This document shows, one piece after another, positions 26,843 through 32,000 of a DNA stretch of 32,000 nucleotides. Position 1 is the first letter of the stretch, and every line of letters begins with the position of its first letter. The notes under the pieces are model-generated. The model did not search any database. It worked only from the letters and a program-made list of their open reading frames with translations, and was not told where the DNA came from. Made by a program: the position numbers and the translations under genes. The stretch is from Nitratidesulfovibrio vulgaris str. Hildenborough (lineage in GTDB: Bacteria; Desulfobacterota; Desulfovibrionia; Desulfovibrionales; Desulfovibrionaceae): assembly GCF_000195755.1 (NCBI RefSeq), contig NC_002937.3, positions 1,890,001-1,922,000 of the forward strand, written 5' to 3'.

Positions 26843-27436
26843 TCACCCCGCAAGGTGCCGGACGAGAAGAAACACCGCCACGAAGAGCAGCACCCCGGTG
26901 ACGAGTAGCCCCCGACGCCCCTCGAGCAGGGTCAGCATCCGGTCGCCATAGTACCGGATGGGCAAGGCAACGAGATAGAAACGGAGCCCCCGATTGACCA
27001 CGGATGCGAGGAGGAACGAGGGCACGTCCATATGCAGGGCCCCCGCGGTGAGCGCGAAAACCTTGTACGGGGCCGGCGTGAACCCCGCAAGCGCAACGGC
27101 CCATCCCCCCCACTCCTCGAACCACCGTCTCATGAGCGAGAACTCGTTCTCCACCCCGTACAGGTGAATCAGCGGCGACCCGAGGGTATCCATGAAATAG
27201 CGCCCCACCACGAATCCAAGCAGACCGCCTGCAACGGCACTCACGAGGCAGATGTGGGCAAGACGCATGGCACGCCCCCTGTTCGCAAGGGCCATCGGCA
27301 CCAGAAGGACCGTGGGGGTGACCGGAAAAAGCGAAGAGTTCGCGAAGGATATGAGCGCGAGGCATGGCAGGGCCCAACGTGTCTCCGAGACACGCGCCAC
27401 CCAGTCCAGTACGCGCCGCTGAAGTCCGGAAGACAT
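26843..27436 (-). CDS. YqaA/DedA-type (SNARE-associated) inner membrane protein
   Basis: 197-aa polytopic membrane ORF. ISFANSSLFPVTPTVLLVPMAL resembles the YqaA family signature. It starts 3 nt after the pcm stop. Confidence 0.75.
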   Translation of the reverse strand: MSSGLQRRVLDWVARVSETRWALPCLALISFANSSLFPVTPTVLLVPMALANRGRAMRLAHICLVSAVAGGLLGFVVGRYFMDTLGSPLIHLYGVENEFSLMRRWFEEWGGWAVALAGFTPAPYKVFALTAGALHMDVPSFLLASVVNRGLRFYLVALPIRYYGDRMLTLLEGRRGLLVTGVLLFVAVFLLVRHLAG

Positions 27437-27439
27437 CGA

Positions 27440-28102
27440 CTACCAGCCGTGACAGCCGACAAGGTCGACGAAACTCACCCCACCGCGATTGGAACGGAAG
27501 AGCTTTCCGTCACGTTTGCGCACGACGACAAGCTCCTGCGAACGTCGCGACACGCCGACAGGGAGCACCATCACGCCGGGGTCTGCCAGTTGTTCGACCA
27601 GAGGGACGGGGATTTCGGGGCCTCCCGCGGTGACGATGATGCGGTCGAAAGGTGCAGATTCGGGCCATCCGAGCGTTCCGTCATCAAGCCTGCACCGGAT
27701 GCGCGTGTAACGCAGGGCACGCAGCAGGTCGCGGGTTGTCTGGTAGATTTCACGGATGCGTTCGACCGTATAGACATCAAGGCCCATCTCTGCGAGCACC
27801 GCAGCCTGGTAGCCTGAGCCCGTGCCTATCTCCAGCACACGCATCCCCGGCTTGGCTTCGAGCAACTGCGACATGAACGCCACGATGAACGGTTGGGAGA
27901 TGGTCTGTCCGTTGCCGATGGGGAGCGGATGATCTTCATATGCCTGAGCCCGAAGGGCCTCTTGCACGAAAAGATGTCTCGGAACGCACCCCATGGCAGC
28001 CAGCACGGCCTCGTCGGAAATGCCACGAGGCATGAGCTGCTGCCGCACCATGCGCTCTCGGTTGCGACGCATGTCCGGTAGGGGCTTCGGATTGCCGCTC
28101 AT
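27440..28102 (-). CDS. pcm: protein-L-isoaspartate O-methyltransferase
   Basis: Start reassigned to ATG 28102 (MSGNPKPL...). It has the motifs [11 protein letters not shown] and [16 protein letters not shown] (the SAM-binding site). Confidence 0.92.
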   Translation of the reverse strand: MSGNPKPLPDMRRNRERMVRQQLMPRGISDEAVLAAMGCVPRHLFVQEALRAQAYEDHPLPIGNGQTISQPFIVAFMSQLLEAKPGMRVLEIGTGSGYQAAVLAEMGLDVYTVERIREIYQTTRDLLRALRYTRIRCRLDDGTLGWPESAPFDRIIVTAGGPEIPVPLVEQLADPGVMVLPVGVSRRSQELVVVRKRDGKLFRSNRGGVSFVDLVGCHGW

Positions 28103-28296
28103 CAGGATGATCTCTCGGAAACAGATAATTAAAAGCAAGTAAGCCACGCTGCGAGTCGTGACGCTCTTGGAGAACAGATTTCAACGCCGAAGTCAACGCC
28201 ACGCGGGGCTGGCAGGACCAGATGCGTCCACTCGACCACCCTTGACATATGATTCAGGTATGCCACACTGCATCAACATCATTCGAGGGAGTCCGC

Positions 28297-28725
28297 ATGA
28301 TCTACATTGCCGATCTCATGACGACCAACCTCTTCACGCTCAAGAGGTCCGACTCGTTACGCGATGCCCGTTCTCTCATGCAACTCGCCCGCATCCGCCA
28401 TATCCCCATCGTCGATGGGCGCGGAGGCTTTGTGGGCCTGCTTACGCACCGTGACATCCTCTCGGCCACCATATCCCGGTTCGCCGACGTGGATGAGCAC
28501 ATCCAGGGAGAAATCGACGCGGGCATTCCCGTCGGAGAAATCATGCAGACGGACGTGGTCACCGTCCCCCCCTCGATGATGCTGCGTGACGCTGCGGAAA
28601 TCCTGCTTCACAACAAGTACGGCTGTCTGCCGGTTCTCGAAGGGGAACGGCTGGTGGGCATCGTTACCGAAGCGGACTTCCTCAAGCTCACCATCAGTCT
28701 GCTGGACGCTGTCGCAGAATCGTGA
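28297..28725 (+). CDS. stand-alone CBS-pair domain protein
   Basis: Start reassigned to ATG 28297 (GAGGGAG RBS). It has two CBS motifs (IADLMTTNLFTL...HIPIVD and EIMQTDVVTV...GCLPVLE...GIVTEADF). Confidence 0.85.
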   Translation: MIYIADLMTTNLFTLKRSDSLRDARSLMQLARIRHIPIVDGRGGFVGLLTHRDILSATISRFADVDEHIQGEIDAGIPVGEIMQTDVVTVPPSMMLRDAAEILLHNKYGCLPVLEGERLVGIVTEADFLKLTISLLDAVAES

Positions 28726-28805
28726 AGTTCTGTGCCGGTACCTGTCGTCGCTAGCCGTCCGGGACCCAACGGACGGCTTTCATGTTGAAGTAAAAGGATA
28801 GATTC

Positions 28806-30128
28806 ATGGCTGCCGCAAAAAACATCTCCGCTCTACTCCTCTCTGTCATCGTCATCGGCCTGCTTGCCGTCGGCGGATACGTCACATTTCAGGACATGAG
28901 CGGGCCTGAAGTCACCCTCTCTCCCGCCACCGACCGGGTGTCACCCAAGCTGGATATGGTGCTCGACCTCAAAGACGCCAAGTCGGGCATCCGGGCAGTG
29001 ACGGTGACCGTCAAGAAGAACTCCAACACCTATGTCGTCTTCGAGAAACATTTTCCCGATGTGCAGTTCCACCAGCGTGTGACCTTCAACCTGAAGGACG
29101 CCGGATTGCGCGAAGGGGCCTTCGAGCTTGAAATCAAGGCATCCGACGCATCGCTTGCGGGGTTCGGCAAGGGTAACACCACCACGCGCCGCATGGAGAT
29201 GCGCATGGACAGTCTGCCCCCGCGCATTTCCGTGAAGACCATGCCCCCCTATGTACGGCGCGGCGGGGTCGGCACGATCGCCTATACCGTTTCCGAAGAT
29301 GTGCGCACCAGCGGCGTCAAGGTCGGCGACCTGTTCTTTCCCGGTTTCAGGCAGCCCAACGGGGACTACTACTGCTTCTTCGCCTTCCCGCACTTCCTTA
29401 CAGTGCAGCAGTATGCCCCCGACATCATGGCCGAGGACATGGCTGGCAACGTGACTTCGAGCCGCCTCGCCTTCCGCCCCATCGACAAGCAGTTCCGGCA
29501 TGACAACATCCCGCTCTCGGACAACTTCCTGAACAGCAAGATGCCGGACTTCCAGGCAGACTTCCCCGATGCCACGAGCATGCTCGACCTGTTCCTCAAG
29601 GTGAACAGCGTGATGCGAAAGTCCAACGAGGAAAAACTCCTTGAAGTCGGTCGCAACACGGCATCCAACATGCTCTGGAAGGGAGAGTTCCTGCGCCTGC
29701 CCAATTCGGCCAATCGCGCAGGTTTCGCCGACCACCGCAGCTACATCTATGGTGGACGCGTGGTAGACGAACAGACCCACCTCGGACTCGACCTCGCTTC
29801 GCTCGCCATGGCCCCCATCCCTGCCGCCAATTCCGGGCGCGTGGTCTTCGCCGGCAATCTGGGCATCTACGGCCAGCTGGTCATCGTCGACCACGGCCTC
29901 GGCCTCATGTCGCTCTACTCGCACATGAGCGAGATTGCCGTGAACGTCGGCACCGAAGTCAAAAAGGGGGACATCCTTGGCCGCACCGGGACGACCGGCA
30001 TGGCAGGAGGCGACCATCTCCACTTCGGCATGCTGGTTTCGGGAGTGCAGGTGCAGCCCATCGAGTGGCTCGATTCGCACTGGATCAAGGACAATGTCAT
30101 CGACAGGCTCGAGCCCAAAGCCCAATAG
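28806..30128 (+). CDS. membrane-anchored M23 (LytM-type) peptidoglycan endopeptidase
   Basis: 440-aa ORF with an N-terminal TM anchor (ALLLSVIVIGLLAVGGYV). The C-terminal LytM domain keeps the metal ligands HxxxD (HLGLD) and HxH (DHLHF), so it is probably catalytically active. Confidence 0.88.
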   Translation: MAAAKNISALLLSVIVIGLLAVGGYVTFQDMSGPEVTLSPATDRVSPKLDMVLDLKDAKSGIRAVTVTVKKNSNTYVVFEKHFPDVQFHQRVTFNLKDAGLREGAFELEIKASDASLAGFGKGNTTTRRMEMRMDSLPPRISVKTMPPYVRRGGVGTIAYTVSEDVRTSGVKVGDLFFPGFRQPNGDYYCFFAFPHFLTVQQYAPDIMAEDMAGNVTSSRLAFRPIDKQFRHDNIPLSDNFLNSKMPDFQADFPDATSMLDLFLKVNSVMRKSNEEKLLEVGRNTASNMLWKGEFLRLPNSANRAGFADHRSYIYGGRVVDEQTHLGLDLASLAMAPIPAANSGRVVFAGNLGIYGQLVIVDHGLGLMSLYSHMSEIAVNVGTEVKKGDILGRTGTTGMAGGDHLHFGMLVSGVQVQPIEWLDSHWIKDNVIDRLEPKAQ

Positions 30129-30147
30129 CCTGCTTGTGATAGCAATG

Positions 30148-30174
30148 AAAAAGGCCGCCCCCAGCGGCCTTTTT
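30148..30174. terminator. bidirectional-looking rho-independent terminator
   Basis: AAAAA-GGCCGC-CCCCA-GCGGCC-TTTTT (stem 30153-30158 / 30164-30169), 20 nt after the M23 stop. Confidence 0.85.
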
Positions 30175-30282
30175 CATTGTCCCGCGGGTTCACCCGCCGC
30201 TGTGCCCCCTTCTCAGACTCTTGCCTTACGCTGCTGGCATGGTACACCTTCCAGCGAAAACCATAACACCAGAGCGAGCCCC

Positions 30283-30894
30283 ATGACTGTTCTATTTTCA
30301 TACCGGACGGTGTGCAAACGGCTGCTACTCGCAATCGCGACGCTTGGCATACCGGCACATGTGCATGCCGGAGTCGCCCCATCGTTCGATTGCACCCATG
30401 TAGAAGCGGGAAGCATCGAAGCCGACATCTGCGCGTCAGACGACCTTGCGATTCTCGATCGGCAAATGGACGAAGTGTACCGGCAGGCCAGACAAAAGGC
30501 GACCGACCAGCACCCGCCGACGCTCGCAGCGGAACAGCGAGGATGGATCAAGGGACGTAACGAGTGCTGGAAAAGCCCTGATCGTATGGCCTGCATCCGT
30601 GACCAGTACCAGCTGCGCATTGCGGAGCTTCAGGCTCTATACAGGCTTGTCGCAAGCGATGGACCGCATGTGTACGGATGCGACGACGCCCCCGGGAGTG
30701 AAGTCGTCATTACCCGTTTCAAGACGACGCCACCGACGCTCGTCGCAGAACGAGGCGATAGCGTCTCACTCATGTATCTCTTTGATGGAGGTGGCGTGTA
30801 TCAGGGAAGGAATGAGACATTCATTGAAAGAGAAGATGCAGCCACGGTCACGTGGGGTTATGGAGCCACGCCCATGCAGTGCAGAAAACGATAG
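30283..30894 (+). CDS. secreted LprI-like protein: DUF1311 domain fused to an MliC-type lysozyme-inhibitor domain
   Basis: Start reassigned to ATG 30283, downstream of the terminator and inside ORF 29977-30894. It has a signal peptide (LLLAIATLGIPAHVHA), a DUF1311 pattern (C...ICASDDLAILDRQMDEVY...EQRGWIKGRNECW...C...R) and an MliC-like beta domain (VYGCDD...VTWGYGATPMQC). Confidence 0.75.
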   Translation: MTVLFSYRTVCKRLLLAIATLGIPAHVHAGVAPSFDCTHVEAGSIEADICASDDLAILDRQMDEVYRQARQKATDQHPPTLAAEQRGWIKGRNECWKSPDRMACIRDQYQLRIAELQALYRLVASDGPHVYGCDDAPGSEVVITRFKTTPPTLVAERGDSVSLMYLFDGGGVYQGRNETFIEREDAATVTWGYGATPMQCRKR

Positions 30895-31075
30895 AGCATC
30901 AAGTCACACGACGTCAGCCGGCAGGGAACATGGGTAGCCTTTGCAGACATGAGCCCCGGCAACCTTGCACATCAAAATGGTGAAGAAGTCCCTGACTCCT
31001 TGAAACGACCGTGGCCGCGACGAGGACTCTCGCGGTACCCGAGCCAAGACATCTCTTGATCCAGATTGCGCGCTC

Positions 31076-31372
31076 TCAAGGCATCCCGGCTTCACGGTTG
31101 TAGTCGCGTACAGCGCGGTCGACCTGACGCTGGATGCGCTGCATATCTTCACGTGCCGTCCGCACGTATGCCTCTACGCATGCCCTGTAACGCAACATCT
31201 CGTTGCGGTAATGCATCCACTCGGAATGCCGGTCGCCCGCCAACGGACGCAAGGGAGAACGGCAGTCAGCCTCCGGGTACTCCCCGCTTGGCAACAGGCT
31301 TCCCTCGGCATGGGCTGGAAGCTGTGCCAGCAGAAGACATCCCCCCACCAGTAGGGCAAGTAGTAAACGCAT
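31076..31372 (-). CDS. small secreted protein (98 aa), function unknown
   Basis: Strong GGAGGAACG RBS. It has a cleavable signal (MRLLLALLVGGCLLLAQLPAHA) and a helical mature part with two Cys. Confidence 0.65.
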   Translation of the reverse strand: MRLLLALLVGGCLLLAQLPAHAEGSLLPSGEYPEADCRSPLRPLAGDRHSEWMHYRNEMLRYRACVEAYVRTAREDMQRIQRQVDRAVRDYNREAGMP

Positions 31373-31532
31373 CGTTCCTCCGGGTGTATTCTCGCGTCAT
31401 TTCCACGGCTACCGTCTGGATGTTTCTCCGTCAATCCCGCGACAGCAGATGGGGGACGACGGCGGCCCCCATCGGTTCAGGATTAGGCACGCATATTGCT
31501 TAACTCCCGACCTAACAGGACAAGGGAAAAAA

Positions 31533-32000
31533 ATGCACCCGGAGGGCGTCGTGACTGTCGACGGCATTGCCAACAACATCAACCTGATGATGAATCTCAG
31601 CGCGACACGCGAAGGAGAGGCATCCTCACGGGCTACAGCCGGGGCGGAAACCGCGAATCTGGGTAGCATCATCGATGAAGCCCGCCTCTCATCCCTCAGC
31701 CCTCGCTTGCGTAACGTCCTTGGTCAGATATCCGAACAAGGCGGAAGCGCTATCGAAGCCCTCGAAAACAACGTCTCATCCCTCCAGGGCGGCTTCATCT
31801 CCACCCTTCATGCAAAGCTTGAAGAAGCGGGGATAGACCTGTCCGAAAAGCTGACACTGCGGCTTGACGAGCCTTCTCAGCTTGTGGTCGCATCTTCGCA
31901 TCCGCAAGCTGAAGCCGTGCAGAAGATACTCGACGCTTCTCCCGAGTTGGGGGAAGCGTTCGGAGAGATTGCGAGCCAGTCCGAGATCATTCGTGACATC
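31533..32000 (+). CDS. hypothetical protein, N-terminal 156 codons; runs off the right edge
   Basis: Own translation from ATG 31533 (MHPEGVVTVDGIANNINLMMNL...SQSEIIRDI) is open to position 32000. The RBS is weak (AAGGGA) and the start is tentative. No family recognised. Confidence 0.5.
   Translation, partial: MHPEGVVTVDGIANNINLMMNLSATREGEASSRATAGAETANLGSIIDEARLSSLSPRLRNVLGQISEQGGSAIEALENNVSSLQGGFISTLHAKLEEAGIDLSEKLTLRLDEPSQLVVASSHPQAEAVQKILDASPELGEAFGEIASQSEIIRDI

Noticed and set aside
28242-28270. TTGACA hexamer upstream of the CBS gene as a promoter -35 element.
   Set aside because: No acceptable -10 hexamer lies 16-18 nt downstream: ACACTG sits at the 17-nt position. The TATGAT that follows immediately has no spacer. 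Evidence is insufficient to call a promoter.
29977-30282. 5' extension of the LprI-like ORF, overlapping the end of the M23 peptidase gene and crossing the terminator at 30148-30174.
   Set aside because: The extension reads through a strong terminator and yields a low-complexity Pro/Ala/Ser sequence. ATG 30283 gives a proper signal peptide immediately.
1-32000. Scan for CRISPR arrays, tRNA/rRNA/tmRNA/SRP/RNase P genes, IS elements with terminal inverted repeats, and TGA-interrupted selenoprotein genes.
   Set aside because: I saw no regularly spaced direct repeats, no cloverleaf-like or conserved ncRNA signature sequences, and no transposase-like ORFs. No same-frame ORF pairs are separated by a single TGA. 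A manual scan cannot exclude small or divergent ncRNAs.

Overview
High-GC (roughly 60-65% by eye) chromosomal segment. Gene content and order look like Desulfovibrio/Nitratidesulfovibrio (Desulfovibrionaceae); this is inferred from the protein sequences, not searched. The window is almost entirely core housekeeping genes. On the plus strand: an MtaD-like amidohydrolase, a small PxxKW Cys-rich protein, an M20 hydrolase, mnmG, a membrane-anchored PilZ protein and a frameshifted corC. After a ~0.75 kb low-GC non-coding island come a minus-strand pps-like/pyc/birA central-carbon block, cca, and a 13-gene co-directional minus-strand string: pcm, yqaA-like, mrp, pgsA, a 90-aa ORF, ftsB, a TPR protein, a lipoprotein, fbp, tsaD, trxA, trxB, bamD. 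The window ends with a CBS protein, an M23 peptidase, an LprI/MliC-like protein, a small secreted protein and a partial ORF. I found no rRNA, tRNA, CRISPR array, intact mobile element or recognisable defence system. The unusual items are: (1) corC broken by a 1-nt frameshift; (2) the adjacent low-GC island with a possible decayed tyrosine-recombinase remnant; (3) a ~1190-aa PEP-synthase-like enzyme with a ~200-aa helical segment inside its PEP-binding barrel and a C-terminal extension; (4) a pyruvate carboxylase with a Cys-rich zinc-ribbon-like tail; (5) a translationally coupled ftsB-centred module of uncharacterised proteins, my best candidate for an undescribed system; (6) an envelope cluster pairing an active-looking M23 peptidase with a lysozyme-inhibitor-type protein; (7) a stand-alone PxxKW expression cassette. 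All functional calls come from reading the translations. No database search was run.
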